From the NCBI GenBank assembly GCA_000708835.1, contig DF237251.1, forward strand, positions 43,683 to 107,682: DNA of 64,000 bases. Reading direction: 5' to 3'. Positions within the stretch are counted from its first letter, which is position 1, and each line of letters begins with the position of its first letter. Shown piece after piece: positions 26,349-41,000 of the stretch. Under the pieces are notes generated by a model, which saw only the letters and a list, made by a program, of their open reading frames with translations, did not search any database and was not told the DNA's origin. A program made the position numbers and the translations under genes. The DNA comes from Klebsormidium nitens (lineage: Eukaryota > Plantae > Klebsormidiophyceae).

Positions 26349-29300
26349 CTACACGGCCTTGTGTCGTTTTGGCGGCCGCGCGGGGGAGCCGTTGGACGTC
26401 CCCGAGGACCACCCGGACGCGTCCTCGCGCCCGCTGTCCGCTGATGGCCGCCGCGGCAGGGGGGGCGCTTTCTGGCTGCCGCCACCCCCGTTGGCGGCTG
26501 GACCGGCCCCCTCGTCGAAGTTGAGCTGACCCAGTCGCCGCATCGGCCTGCACACAAGAGCGGCGTGAGCAAACGTGCTACCAGAGGGGCCCTCAGTCAC
26601 ATAGCTCTAATCCAGGAGCCGTTTCAAAAGTCATTTGGCGGCATCCGTAATGGGGGTTCGCGGAGGCCAGTTCGCAACCTGAAGTGATTCGCTTCCAAGC
26701 AGTCGATCAAGTGAACATTGCAGCGTCAAAATGAGTGATTCAGAGGCCAACCAACAGGCTGGGTAGAACAGGCCTGGAAGAGTGAGCGCGGTTGAAGTCA
26801 CGATGATCTATTTCCTTCTTGTGAGATGTCTGAACCAAGTAGGAAACGGTGTGTCAGCCGCGACTGCATGCGCCAAGGGGGGTGTGCGCGCGTGCTCACT
26901 TGGCGGCGTTGACCTGGTCGCTGAGGCGTGCGAGCGCCTGTGAGGGGCTCTGGTAGTCGTCGGACTGGCCCAGCACCAGCACCGCACTGCGCGGGGTCGC
27001 CGCCAAGTACTGCCCCGCCTGCATACGCGGGGAACGACAGTCAGCGCGGCACACACGACGAGAGGCTTGACAACACAAGGCTGGAGCAAAGCTGATGTCG
27101 CGAATGCGGAGCGGCCGGCGGCGGCTCAAGCTTGAGTTTAGGACGAAAGAAGGTAGGCTGTTCGCAATCAGATTTGGAACAGCGGGGCGGGGCACCAATC
27201 CCACAAGGCCGCGGCCGCAGGTGTTCGCGGTCAGCATGAGCGCGGCGTGGGAGCGTTGATGCGGCTCACCCGGTGGCCTTTGAGTGGCGACACATAGATA
27301 CCGCTGGCGACCTTCTTGGGGGAGAAAGCCGCAGCGGGAAGGTTGGCGAAGGGGGACCCGGGCAGAGGCGCAGAGGCAGGGGGCGCACGGGGCGGCGAGC
27401 CAGGGGCGGCGGTCCCTGCGCAGGACAGGGGGACGGAGCGGGGATGAGAGCCACAGGACATACTCACCCCCAAAATAAGAGCCTGCTTTGAAGCACGCGC
27501 ATTAGCAGAATACCAAAGCCGCGGGACAAGCCAAAGCGGGCGCAGGGTAGCCCAATGAAGCCCGCCGCTTCCTTACCCGCGGGCTCGACTGGAGCGGCTT
27601 CTGGTTGCGGGACCGTTTCCTGCGCCACGCGCAGCAAGGCGGCCTTGACACGTGGCACAAACACCTGGTTGTACAGCTTGATGACGTCACCGGTGTCCGG
27701 CCGGGGGGGCGTGCCCGCCTGTACGTACCAGCATGAAATCAGAAGCGGGCACCGCTTAAGCCAACGGGTGATTGTGGGCATGGGCAAAGCAAGAGCCAAG
27801 CCTTCTGAGACACGGCACTCGCAGCAAGCCGGCCAAAGAGACAGCTGAAAGAAGTAGGTGCGGTCGACAGAGCAGAGGGGAGGGGCTCGCGTCGGGGAGC
27901 GGCACGTTGTGCTTCAGCGCGACGGTGCGGATGGTGTCGGGGCGGTACTGCGGCTGCTTGCGGTAGCACGCGATGATGTCCTTGAACGTCACGTCCACCT
28001 TGCACACCTGCAGCGCGCAAGGGGCGTGAGGCACGGCCGGGCGGAACAACGCAGAGTGGGGAACAACACGTGGGCCACCAGAACAAATGTACGGCCGAAA
28101 TCAGACGTCTTGGACGGATGCACAGACTTACAAGCAACGGGTACACGAGATTGGTCGGGCGTTTCGTTGCTGTTTCAATGACCGGGCGCCATCTGGTAGC
28201 TCTACTACGATCGGATCGTGCATCGTTTTAGATTGCACCTTGACCAAGGAGCTGGTTTTGAAAACTTTGGGTCCGAAGACAGATTCACGAAGACCCAATT
28301 CCAAGATAATCTGCAAGCGAGTGGGACCTTTCGACCACCTGCGCAGGTAAAGCCAGCAGCCTTCGAGATTGATTGAATGTTTGGAATTGGCTTCTTTCCA
28401 GCGGCGCCCGCGTACCTTGCAGACGCCGTAGATGGCGCAGAGCAGCAGCTGGTCGATGTGGCGCAGGAAGAAGAGGTGCGTCTCCGCCGCGAGGCAGTGC
28501 TGCAGCAGCGCGTACACCGCCTCCCCCACGCCGCGCTTCAGCCCCAGCCGCTCGCCCAGGCTGCGCAGCCGCATCGCCAGCAGCTTCAGCACCTGCGCAG
28601 CGCCGCACCGCACACATATCTTAAACCACGTGCACAAAGAACCAAGATAGGAAAAAGTTCAATACCTGCAAGGGTCTAAGAGCTATAAGACCCGGCCGGG
28701 GACCGGGTGGGGCTGGTATGGTGTTTAGGGTGGGTTCGGGTGCAGAGCGCATCATGTCTATTGGTTAGGGTGTTTGAATTGGTTTTCTTCCCGGGTGGTC
28801 TTTTGTAGGTATTGGATCCTTATAAGTATTAGACTTGATGGGTATGAAATCAAGACCCTGAAACAAGCTCAATCTGGTATTTGCCAGCCTGCGAAGTGGA
28901 CGAGGCTTTTCAGCTTTCACGGGTCCTGCTTGCGCTTCGAAACGCGCGTCGTTGATCTTGGTTGGCTACTACTTCGGAGGGCCGGCCCGGGGTTGCTCAC
29001 CTTTTGCGTGAGCATGGCGATGACCGTCTCCGCCCGCTTGACGGCTCCCGGCCCCGCCCCCCGTGTCCGCTGGGGGCTCCCCATGAGGCCCACCCCACTC
29101 CCGCCCCCGTTCCCCCCCGTCCACTTTCGAAAGCCGACCTCCGCCGCTGCGGCCTGTGACCCGGGCCCCGGGCCCGCCTCCGCCCCTTTCTCCGCCTTGT
29201 CTCCTGTTTCGTTTTGGGGCTCGCCGGGTGCCGCTGCTGTTCTTGGACCAGGCTCAACGGTCTTGGGCTCTGCTCCATTTGCCGGGGGGGTCGCCTCTCT

Positions 29301-32300
29301 GGCTGCTCTCTCGGGGGCCCCAGATGGGGTCGGGTCGGGGGGTGGCCCCCCGGGCAGAAGGTGGAGGCGCTCCATCTCAAGGACCTGCGCCTGCGCCTCG
29401 GGGGTGGCCTGCGCCTTGCGCAGAGTGTACAGCGACGTGTACATGGACGAGCCCTGGAGGCAGGGGGAGTATGTCGGTTGGGGCAGCGCAAACAGCAAGA
29501 GAAGAGTAGCATCTGAGAGCCAGAAACGAGGAGAGCCTTGATGTTGCAACTTGCAGGAAGTGCGATTCAAGGGTCACAGAATCCTCTGAGAACCTCAGGT
29601 CGGCTTCAGGATACTCCGAGAGAAAAAAGCTGGGTGCCTGACCATTGACTTAGTGCTGAGGGCAGGAAAGGCTTCCCGGGCACACACTATCGTAGTGTGA
29701 AGCCTGCGGCGCGCTCACCCTATCCCAGGCGAGGCTCTCCAGGATCTTCTCCTCAATGCTGTTGAGGTGGCGCTTGAGCTCGCGCGGCAGGCTCTCCTCC
29801 GCGCGCACGAGCGCCTCGATGACCTTGATCAGGTCGAACGCGGTGACGCGCGCCGGCTTGAGCACCGCGGGGAAGGCCATGAGCGTGCTCTTGTGGCTGG
29901 CCAGCACCAGCTCGCTGCACAGCGCCAGCAGGCACCGGTGGAACGTGTCCTGCCCCAACAGCGCCCCCGCCGCGCCGCCGCGCCCCACGCGCGCCTCGCC
30001 TGCCAGAATCGCCCCCAGCACGCGCCAGTACAGCTTGCCGCTCTCCGCGCGCCGCACGCGCGCCCACTGCCCGTCCAGCACACTACCCACCGACAGCACG
30101 TCGCCGCCCTCGCCCGCGTCGGCCCCGCTGCCGGCGGACGTTGGGAAGATGCTCGTGAGGACGCGCTCGGCGCGCGCAATGATGGCGGGGCCAGGGTCGG
30201 GGTCGCAGCTGCGGAAGACGACCAGCAGGGAGGGGGGGCGTCCACAGGGAGCGGCGCCACGACGTTGCGCAGCCAGGTGGCTGTCATCATGGCCGAGCTG
30301 AAGGGGGTCGCGGGGAGGGCGCGCCCGTCACTGCCGCCAGGCATGCCGCGCAGTGGGGGAGAGGTAGGGGGAGCCGCCGACGGCGCGGGAAGGGGGAGGC
30401 ATGGCCGGGGAAGGCGAAAAGGGCGGGGTGCGAGTGGGGGGACNNNNNNNNNNNNNNNNNNNNGGGGGAGGGCATGCCGGGGAAGGCAAAGGCGGGGTGC
30501 ATGGGGGACATGGGGGGCCGGTCGAGCAGGGTGCGGTGCTTGGAGGCGGGGGTGAGGTGCGCAGGCGTGCCCAGGGTGGCGGCCGGGCTGGGGTCCAGGA
30601 AGGAGCGCTCGTCGACGTCGCCCCCCCGCTGCAGAACCTCCGCGTACCGCTTGTCCAGCGCGCGGATCGCGCCTTCAAGGTGGCCGCCCTCCAAGAGCCC
30701 CGGAAAGCAGCAGTACCCGCCAGCAGTTTTGTCCACGGCGGGATCGTCCGCGCCTATGTTCTGTGCCCTCCTGGCGGGCGGCAGGGCATGCGCTGCCAGG
30801 ATTGCCCCCACCTGAGCCATGAGTCGCTGCACCGTGTCGCGGTCCGCCTGGTACGTAGCGCAAAGCGACCCGAGAACGTCCACACCCCCGGGCCCACGGA
30901 CGGGGAAGCGCACGGCGTCGGAGAAAGCGGCAGTGCGCAGGGGCGTGGGCATGTGGAGGAGCAGCACGTGGAGGATGCAGATGAGCAGGTTGCCATAGCT
31001 GACCAGGTCCGGGAAGGGGGGCAGTGCCTCCGCCTTGGCCACCACAAAGAGCAGCCAGCCCAGGCGGAAGGGGCGGCTGGAAGACAGGGGGGGGGCAGCA
31101 GAGCTACCGCGGCGAGGGGGGGAGGAGAAGGCCGGGGAAGGCCCCTGGGAAGGCTCCAAAGAGAAGAGCTCAAGGAAGTCCTTCTTGTACTTGCTGCAAC
31201 AACCACCGGCAAACAAGTGAGGGTGTATGCAGGAAAGCTATCAGCGCCTGATCAACATGCGAAAGTCCATAATGTACTTCATCGACTAAATGAAGGGGCG
31301 GAGCATGGGGCTGAGGTGGGTACATCGTAACTACTGCAAGGGACAATGACAATTTCCAGAACAAGGGGCACTGCATCCTGGGTGATCCTTCAGAAGAAGG
31401 GGCACTGCTTCCTTAAGACCCCCAAGAAGCATGTGGTGCCAATCATTGGTGATAGGCGTTGGTCCGACAAGGCGTTTTACACTATGACAGTCGCCAGTTC
31501 TGTGTGTATGGAGGAGCTTGGCATGCTGAAGGAGCCACAGATGCTCGATGCAACAGACCGGGCAGTTGGTTATCACAGTCTTGAAAGCGGCAGGCTAGCT
31601 CGTGCGAAGTGCTTACCCAAACAGCACTGTCAGCTTCACAAAGTCTTCCTGGAGCTCCTTAACCTGCATGCCACATGCAATGTGTGAGGACACTCAAATA
31701 TATTACCAAATGCTGGGCATTGCAATGCTGGCCAGTACAATGCTGGTGTTCAATGGGACGCCTCACCCATTCTTGTCAAACATTTACCCAGAATTTGCAG
31801 GTCCATGTTCGCAAGGTGCTGGGAGTGGTGCGCAGAGCTGACCTGCAACCTTTTCTCCACCCCCGCTCCAAAGTCTGCCGCAAGTCGCGGGCCAGCATGG
31901 TCCAGGTAATAATCGAACTCATTGAAGAAATCAACCAAGCTGCAAAGGAGGAAAAAGGGCAGTGAGAGGAAGGAGGGGTCAAGCGAGGCTCAGAGCAACT
32001 TAAGCAAAAGGAGTTATGCAGGAATGAATTGCTCTCCAAGCCGCACTTTGAGACCATGCCAATGGCAGGGGAAAGGGCACTTACTTAATGTTTGAGGCGC
32101 GGAGCAGTTGGGTAAGAGTGAATCCTGCAGTAAGCCCCCGGCTGAGCTTCTTGATGGTGTGCAGCGCACATGCGCGCCACAGGTTCTCAGTGTCCTCCAA
32201 CTGGAAGACAGAACAGCGATTCAGAAGAAGATTCTGGAGCGGCCCAGCCCCATGCAACAGGGGTCCAGGACAAAACGTTGTCACTGAATGCTGAAAGAAA

Positions 32301-32922
32301 GACAAGCTGAACTGAACGACAAACGGCCTAGATGCTCAACCTGACAAGTGAGCAAAGGGGCAGGAGATTATTTGGCGACTGATTGACAAGGCAGTGCACC
32401 TACCGAGTTTCCTGCCACGCCTGCACTGGCTGCAATGAATGGCTCGCACTTGAGGAACAAACTCCACGCCTGCTGTTGCGTCTCAGCATCCAGAAACAGC
32501 CGAGTCTGCAATAGAGCAACCAGCTACAAGCTCAGGATCACACAATAATCTTCTGGGGGTCAGCATCATGTTACAACAAGGATTTCAGTATTACCCACCA
32601 CAAGAGTTGCATCTTGTAGCACTTGTTTCGCAGGTTCAGCACTCTCTTGGGGCCTTCCAAACCTTTGACGTTGTACCCACAGCAACAAGGAGCTGACTCA
32701 GGGAACATCTAGGAGAATTGAGCCACCCTAACGCATCAGTTGCATTCTCACCTCGCACAGCTCCTTGAAGCGCTGCTCCTGCTGAGCCAGGCTCCTGGCA
32801 AAGCGAGCCTCCATGTTGGGCCCAGGGGAGGCCACTAAGTTGACAGCTGTGCGAACACCATTGGGAGCAGGCTGAGGGGTAGGATGCGGGGTAAACACAG
32901 GGTTACCCTCTGAAACCATCAT
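26349..32922 (-). CDS. RBR: Retinoblastoma-related protein, multi-exon (19-nt gap at 30444-30462)
   Basis: Pocket A: ATPFSSAMMTATWLRNVV, KLYWRVL, FHRCLLALCSELVLASHK, AFDLIKVIE..LPRELKRHLNSIEEKILESLAW. Pocket B: RHIDQLLLCAIYGVCK, TFKDIIACYRKQPQ, DVIKLYNQVFVP. C-terminal IYVSPL. Confidence 0.97.
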
Positions 32923-33829
32923 GATGGCACCCGCTTGTTGTTGCTGTACCTTAGACACCTGTTCAAACAGCTTCCTGCCGCATTGAGGACATGCAGCTGT
33001 GTTGGCGCGAATTCCCCCTCGTGCTTGGCAGAGCAGAGGACTGATACTGGATATATGTGGTAAACTAAGATTACCAGGGCTCCTTCGTGATCGTCCTGCC
33101 ACGAGCCGCTGAAGCTTCGACTCAATCAGGTCTGCGACTAAGGGATCCGAGCGGGGATAGCGTTCCTTGACAAGAGCGCTTGGTCTACGAAGACCGTGCT
33201 GCAGTGAATGTCAGCGAAGGGCTATGGTAGGGGCATTCAAGTCTCTTCAAGTTCAAGCCTGCGAAAGTCACGCCGGTTGACTCGATCGGACTCAAAACCT
33301 TAAGACGATTTGGCGGGAACTTTCTGTAATCTGATTGGTGGAAGCGGTTCCTCCGTCGCGCCATTTTGAATGTACGGTCGAGAGCAGAGGGATCGGACGG
33401 TCAGCGATGAGATTTGACGTCATTGTGAGCTTAATTTGCGGAAGCGGCTCTGGACTCTGGAGTCTGAGGTGGAGCGGTAATGCCAGTATTCACAGTAGCC
33501 TACCCAACCATTATCTTGAGCCCTTTAGTCTCAGGCTCTACCTACCTAGTTGCCTCCACGTGTTGGGAACGCGCTTTGCAGATGCTTGCAGAGCTCTTGA
33601 GCCTCAGGCTTCGATCCCCTTTGCAGCAGCAAATGCTGTTCAGAGAGGGTCACTCTTCAGACTCTTCTTCATGCTAGGGAGGTACCGGCCTTCGCTAAGT
33701 ACACTTTGCACTCTGCATCACATCAGAACGTCCTGTTTCAGCGTCAGCATTGCGGCGGACCAGCCCATCGTGTATGCTGTTTTCGCTGTCCAGGATTGAC
33801 CCAAGGCACACTCCACATTCCCGACCGGC

Positions 33830-36663
33830 ATGGCGCATTCTTGTGCAAAAGCAGTGGCTGGGCAGCTCGGACCACTTTCCTTAACACTCAAGCCACAGCT
33901 AGGGCCAGCACGGTCTGGGCGCCCGTCTACCGCAGTTCCTGGACCACATGTGCCACTAAGAAAGCCAACTCCGGGATACAGGTGGAAATGCTCGGTGCAC
34001 CAACATGCCTCGGAGAGTGCGTGTGAGGAACGACATTTGGGCTCAAGTTCAATGAAGGGGCCTCTGCAAGCTATGGTAAGCAGACTGTTCAAAGCTTACC
34101 AATGTCAAAGCTGCTCTTTTATCCGCCCTTCCACCTGCGTTGTATCTGTCAGAGCGGAGGGAGTTGCTGCTGAATGCCCATCATGCAGCAGCAAGTGTGG
34201 TCGTTGAAGTCTCCTAGTCACTGAATCAGGAGGGTGAGCTCGACAGTGTTTCTCAGGTCTGGTTCAGAGCACAATGCCACCCCGGACCGAGCTTCATCTG
34301 TAGGTTTTGGCAGGCTGCAGGTTTGTCATTCACGGCCGTAGTCAGTTTTCCAGTGTCTCTTTCGCATGGCGCCTCAACTGCTTGACCGCTTTGTTATGAA
34401 CCAGTCGCCATAGAATAATAATTGTTGGTTTGCTCCTGGTGCGCTGGCCCCTGCCCTGTGGCGGGGTGCTTTGCACTTGCTTAGTGTGGCCCTCACACGC
34501 ACCGTCCAGCTGGGAGCGCCGGTCCTGGCACTACTGCCGGGGAGGGGCGCCAAGCTGGCCAACGCAGAAAGGCCGCTGTCGGCGGACGATCGAAAGTTTG
34601 CGTGATGAGTACTGCTTGACCACCCCGGTGCCGTGTGCAGGAACAGTCTGGCGCTCCTGCCCGCCCCCTGTGGCTGCGAGCGGTCCCCTTGGCGGTGATC
34701 GGCGCGTGCTGCTTGTGTGCGGGCGCCGCCTACGCGGTCATGCCCCCACAGGATTGCGCAGCCCTGCTGCCAGCAGAGGAGGTGCGACATCTCCGCTACC
34801 TTAGGAGTAGTTGCTGATCAGATTGTTCGAAAGGAGACACACGCTCAGACATGGCCACCGTCATTCTGTGTTTGGCCAGACCCCTGTCTGTAGGTGAAGT
34901 GACCGGAGACTTGCCGCCTGTAGCCGGAACTAATCATTTATGGGTCCTGGCAACACCTTGATGACCCAACGCCCGCTTGCAATGCAGGCGCTCGACGAAG
35001 CATTTGGCATCGATGCCAATGCCAACACGGTGGTGCTGGTTGCCAGTGTACTTGAGGCGGTTGCACTGATTGGGGCGGTGGTGGGAGGTGAGGCGCCACG
35101 CGTGAAGTTGCCTATGAGCGCAGCTTCCTGGCGGTCTCAGCCCTTCGCAGCAGTCCCGTTGCACATTGTTTCAAGCTTATCTTCGATGCCGAAAGTTGCA
35201 AAGATGTTGAGAGAATTCTTGCTACTACTTCCGAGTGATGCCTGGCCGGTAGGTTGGCTGGCATGCGTTTCTGGATGCCCGACCAGTGTGCGGGTGCGGC
35301 GCAGGCGTGAGTGCTCGGAACCGCAAGGAGGAGACGGACCGGCTGAACCAGCAGCTGCGGCAGATCAACCTGCAGCTGCGCCGGCAGGCGCGCGTGGAGA
35401 GCTACGCGCCGGGCCTCTCGTACGCGCCCGTCAGCGTGGTCAGCGGCAACGCGCTGGTGGCCGACCCGGCGCCCGTGAACGGGGTATCGCACGAGCAGGC
35501 GGATCTGCTGAAGCGGCTCAAGACGGGCAAGAAGTGGCTGCGCGAGCAGCGGCCCGCGCTGGCGCTCGAGGAGTTCAAAATCGCACTGGCCCTGGCGCGC
35601 CAGTCGCAGGACGCCAACTGCGAGAAGAAGGCGGCCAGGGGCCTCGGTGAGGGCAGCAACACACGCCAGCTGGCTTACACCTGTCGAGGGTTCTGCCCTA
35701 CTTCGTACCTTCGTCTTTCGTGAATTCTATCTTGGGAAGCTACTTGTACAACAAGCGGTACCTGGACGTTGTGTCCCTGGCAATCGAAGTTGACAGCAAA
35801 CTTATTTAGGCTGTGCACACCTCTCAGTGTGCCAAAGATTTTCACACCTTCACTGTTTGTGGATCGTCTAGCGCCCTAGCAGGTGACTAGGAGCTGGATT
35901 TCAGATTTTGGTGAGAGCATGAGGGTCTGGTGCAAGCGTCGAATGGACTTAGGCGATCCGTGCACTTGAGACGTATAGCCGGAACTTACGAGCGGGGTGT
36001 GTAATTTGCATACGCAATTGGGGTTTGCCAAAGACTCGGATCGAAGCTCCTTCAAGAGCCACCGAGGCCAACCTTCTTCTTTGAGCGCGGGTTGCTTTCA
36101 AACTCTTTGAGAAATTTTTGCAAGCGGTGACGTCATGAGTACCCTATCTCCGTTTCGCCCTGGTATGTCCGTACGTGCCCTCAGCAGGATGAGACCGGTA
36201 ACTATCTTTTTCCTCATCGGATCGCCGTTGACTCCCCTGGTTGCAGGTGCCTCCTGTCAACGCTTAGGTCGGTACAAAGAAGCTATTGGGTATCACGAGA
36301 TCGTTTTGAAGACGTCGGAGCGAGCGGGAGACACGTCTGGGGACTCGGAAGCATACGGAGCGATTGCTGATTGCTACACGGAACTCGGGGATCTTGAAAA
36401 GGCAGGAAAGGTGGGCGATCACGGCTTGCCCCCCTTTTTCGAAGTTGACTGGCCGCAGGAAGTCAGAGGAGCAGTTCTGTGTCTGGACTGTTGCACAGGT
36501 GTCGAGTCGTGAATCACCGGAAGCCTTTTTCTCGTTCGTTTTCATCTTTCAATCCTACAGGCCAGCGCAAAGCAGATGTCTCACGTTTTGACGTTGTTGG
36601 CTCCTCTCCTTGCAGTATTACGACCAGTACATTTCAAGACTACAAACTACCGAGAGTGTTGAT
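33830..36663 (+). CDS. FLU: FLUORESCENT IN BLUE LIGHT (TPR repressor of glutamyl-tRNA reductase), multi-exon
   Basis: ARNRKEETDRLNQQLRQINLQLRRQARVESYAPGLSYAP; LKTGKKWLR..EEFKIALALA..EKKAARGLG|ASCQRLGRYKEAIGYH..EAYGAIADCYTELGDLEKAGK|YYDQYISRL. Transit-like first exon 33830-34075. Confidence 0.95.
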
Positions 36664-38068
36664 CTAGACATTTGAGGCCCCTTTTGTGAAGCAGCGGGTA
36701 CAGCTGGTTGGCGATCTCTGCTTAAAACTGATGATTGTTTTGTGGGTCAAGTGGTAACAGTGAGTTTAGGTTCGCGACTAATACCAATCGTCGTTGACTG
36801 GTAAGCATTGAGTGCACGCCGACTAGCTCACCATGCAAATTGTGGTGGATGCGCTCAAGAGTACTGCTGAAGTCGCTCAAACATGTCCCATCGAACATCT
36901 TCGGTGTGGATGCTACTATTCACTACCGATCCACTCATTGTTCGATTGTCCGGCGAACAATTCAGATTGCAAGATGACATCGATCGCCCATTAGGCAGCC
37001 GAATCTATATATCTCCACTTCAAGCACTGCGGCAGGTTCGGATGCAGGATCGCGTCTAGTAACAGTGTCATATAGCCGCAGTGCTAACCATGTCTCACGG
37101 CCGGGTGGATCAGTAGAACAGTCGTAGGCGTGACTGTCAGTAACACGGAACATGTCGAAAAAGAAGTTGAGCTATACCAGGTTCTGTTTTGTCACGTACA
37201 TTGCAACTAACTCGTCGCAATCTTTGAACACAATCTTAAAAGCCGAGTAGGAAGATGCCGGCCGGCCGATCTTAGTACATTATTGATAGAGGCCAGACTA
37301 GCTACGGGGCCCCTTTGCAGCTGCGCAGGCCCCGACATATGGAGTGACCATGAACTGCAAATACTCATGGACCTATGGTACTGCGTATGTTGCATGTGGT
37401 GGTGTGATTGAATAGCTTACGCAGCTGGCCCCCGCCTTCCAAGTGCATGATAAGTCATTGTACGACTCGCCAGTATCCGAAAGTGATGTCTTGATTGAAC
37501 CGGATGCAGATATCCCAAGCTTTAAGTTGGTCTCGGGCCTAGAAAATACCGTCACGCACAATCACAGGCGGATGCATTAGTTGAGGCAGCTAGAGCGGTT
37601 ACCGTATTACACAAACGTAGTCAATGACCGCGCTAAATACTGCGCCTTGGATGAGAGACACTAAACAAGATAGTAACGATTTTGACCCTTTTGATCTGGG
37701 ATCCCACAATTAAAGCTTGTAGCCGCGGCCTTCACGTAACATGTCAACATGGGTGAGCCTAGTCATGCACAGAATCAAGTTGGTAACTGCAGGGCTCTCG
37801 CAGTTGCATACGTCCAAGATAGTCACGGCGTTCAAAAAGAAATGATCAGCAGTATGCCGAAGTTTTGCATGAGTTTTCAAAGGGGACCACTCCGGCCACC
37901 CCTTAAGACTGCTTGCTAGCATGTACACGTCCATGCTTCCGAGCTGACTAGCTGACTAGCCAATCACACTGTTGAAGTGGCCAAGCTCTACGAGTTGACA
38001 CTCTCCTAGCAAGCCACGCGCGGTTGAGAGCTCTGACGGCGCTGAGTTAGACTCCTGAGGCGTCCGCG

Positions 38069-41000
38069 CTAAACGTACGGACGGTAGAACTGGCCGTCGT
38101 CCCACCTCTTGACCGGCGTCCGGGACGCCTTTGTGAAGCGCTTGAAGGCCGTGTCCGCGAGCAGCGCCCTCATGAGCCCCTCCAGCAGGCTGACGTCAGC
38201 GCACACTCCCCCCCCGTTCTCGTCGTATGCCGTCAGCAGCACGAGCCCGTCGGAGGCGCTCGACGAATGTGCTTGTCCGAGGGAGAGGGGCTGCCCGAAG
38301 CCCAGGTCGAGTGACGCGAGCGGCAAGTCTGGCGCTGACGCGATGCACACGTCAGGGCCCCGGTGGTGGTCTGCTTGGAGACGCACGGCGGCGACGTCCG
38401 GCTGAGCGGTGACCCAGTCGACCGTCGCCTGGACGAAGCCCGAGTCGGCGCGCCTCACCGCCGCGCGCACCAGGCGCGCGCTCTGAGGTCACAACGAAAG
38501 GGCGCAGTTCAAAACAACAGTGACTCACAACCTTGAATCACATATACCTATGAACTCAGGTACTCCTTACAGACAAGTTGGGAGACATGTTGGCGCAAGC
38601 CTTTACTCTGACTTAAAGTTGTGCAGTTGAAAAATCTACCTTCGTCAAAACAAGGGACTGTCCTTTGGGGGCCGATTCAGGAAGAGATATTAGGGAAATC
38701 CCATGCTCAAACACAGATTACTCTTACTCTCCTGTCCAATCCAGATGTGCACGTGTGAAGTTGCTCGAAGCAGGGGGGTGACGTTAGTGCAGCCGGTGTT
38801 TCCTCAGTGCAGCTGCTCACCCAGGTAAGCGGCTCGGCGCACAGGTGCTCGACAGCGATCGGTCCCGTCCGGTGGGGGATGAGCACATTTCCGACGTACC
38901 CTGTTCGGATCGGGATGATCTTCCGCCCGTTCTGAAGAATCACCAAGCGAGTAACCTGCCGCAGAAGAGAGGCCCGCATAAGCCTAGCAATGTAAGAAGA
39001 CGCCGGACTTGGAAACAAGTCAACAACGTCGCTTTCCATCTTGAAGTGAAAGCAGACACGGGTTCGCAACGATATTGTCAGATTGTGCCGTCATCCCGTC
39101 GCCTGGTATCAGATCCGTTCCCGTGAGGATCAAGAGCGACCCCGAAGCAGAATAAAGGTACGTGCTTACTTCGTTGGATTGACAACACAAAGCGCCGCTT
39201 TCTGGTTTTGCGTTGACATACGTCTCTGTGAGCTACTCCTGAACATTTCTGCTTGCTTGCCTAAGGCTCGCCTTAATGACACCAATCACGAGAACGTGCA
39301 GCCGCAACTGACGGCCTTCTGGTGAACCGTATGGCCGTATAACCGAGCCTTCATGACCTTTTTCCCCCAACGGGTTGCATGAAATCGCTAGTCGACGGCT
39401 CTACCTGCCGGGATTCCGTTCGGGCCAGCCCCTTGCTGCGGTGATGGAGCGCCAGAGAAGCGCGGACAGCGCGTCGTCCGTCGAGGCGGACTCTCCAGCG
39501 GGCAGGTCCCGATCGGCCTCAGCAGTCAACTCCTGCCCCGGCAAATTTGGGAGACCAAGCCTGTCTGACCATGCCAAGAATGATAGTAAGAAGCTGTTGC
39601 GAATCCTTGCTCTTGATTGATGAACGTTCGTCAATCGAGTTGACATTCGACAAACCGATGGATTCAGCTCCCTCAGCCAGCTGCTGAGGGAACGCTGTCC
39701 GCATTGCGTCAGACAAGCGGCCAACTCTTACAATCTTGAAATGAATCAGACGTGGATACAATCTTTGCAATAACGAGAGTGGGGCGGCGGCCTGACTTTG
39801 AGCTGGGCGGTTGGGAAGAAGCAGCGGTGGTGGATGACTTGGACCTGGGGGAGGCCTCTCGGGAGGAAGGAGATGAATGCCTCAATGCGCAGGGCAAACG
39901 GAGGGGCGGTGCACAGGGCGGGGTGGTACCGCGACGCGAGCGGACGACCAGAAGCCTGAGGTGAGAAGAATGGTCCTGATTTGAGTGGACCGGTTCACAG
40001 TGCAGTCGGAAAAACAATTTGCATTACATGCTCGAGTCACGGGCAGTGCCACTTGTCCAGAGACCAGGAATTGTCATAGATCTGTGCGCATCGAGAGTGG
40101 ATCTTGCGCGAGAGGAACCTATGTCCTGGTCAACGCTTTCAAGCATGGCGCGTAATGCTTCAAGAATCTGCATTGGGTACCGTCTATTAAAAGAACTTCC
40201 TCGAAACAGGCGGTCGATGTTCAGGTCGCACCTTGCTTCAGACCGGTTCGTCAGCGCAATGCTGCAAAGTGGACACAATCTGGTCTCCTAATCCTGACGT
40301 GCAATGTAACCATTAACCGAGAGACACCCCTAGAGGAGCCCTGTTCCTATATTCGTTCCTATATCCGTTTTCTCTTTATCCTTCTGGACAGCTCACCTGA
40401 AGGTTTGTGGGCCTCGCATACTCGAGCCCGACTGGCGGCTTCTCCCCGCGCATCAGATGAGCCCAGTAGCCGGCGAACGTAGCGGCGCCCCAGCCGTCAG
40501 TGAACATCGGATGGAACCCAAAGGAGACGCACAGCCGGTCGTCATGGAAGTGAGTCACCTGCGGTCGAGGAACGGAAATGCACGCTTCGGGAAAACGGAA
40601 AGGCACACTTCGAAGTTTAGTTCGACAAAATACAAAGTACTCATGCTTTGCAATTTCGACCCTGCCCTTCTGCGATCACAAACACGGTGCAGGCAAATTA
40701 CGTGCGATCCTGTACTCTAAACTTACGATGTGAAGGATCTGGGTCCGAACCATTCGTGAAATGACTCCGATCAGCGCTTTGAAATACACCAGCTGAACAT
40801 ATCTCTGCTTATCTGCTCTGGTGAGGGAAACGAAGGATGCACTTTCATGGTCGGTCATCAGAGTGCCACACCAACTTTTCCGCTTCGCATCTAAAAATCC
40901 CCTAAACACAAAGCAAGCCCCGCTGCCTGAATAGACAGCCTCACACGCCCTTGATTCCGGCAATACCTGCATCAGTAGCAGCGGGACATCCCCACCCGCT

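Noticed and set aside
28720-28770. TTTAGGG/TTAGGG motifs in an RBR intron as an interstitial telomere
   Set aside because: Only two isolated units, not a tandem array.
33335-33799. Separate small gene between RBR and FLU
   Set aside because: No recognisable family and weak codon bias; more likely FLU 5' UTR/intron sequence.
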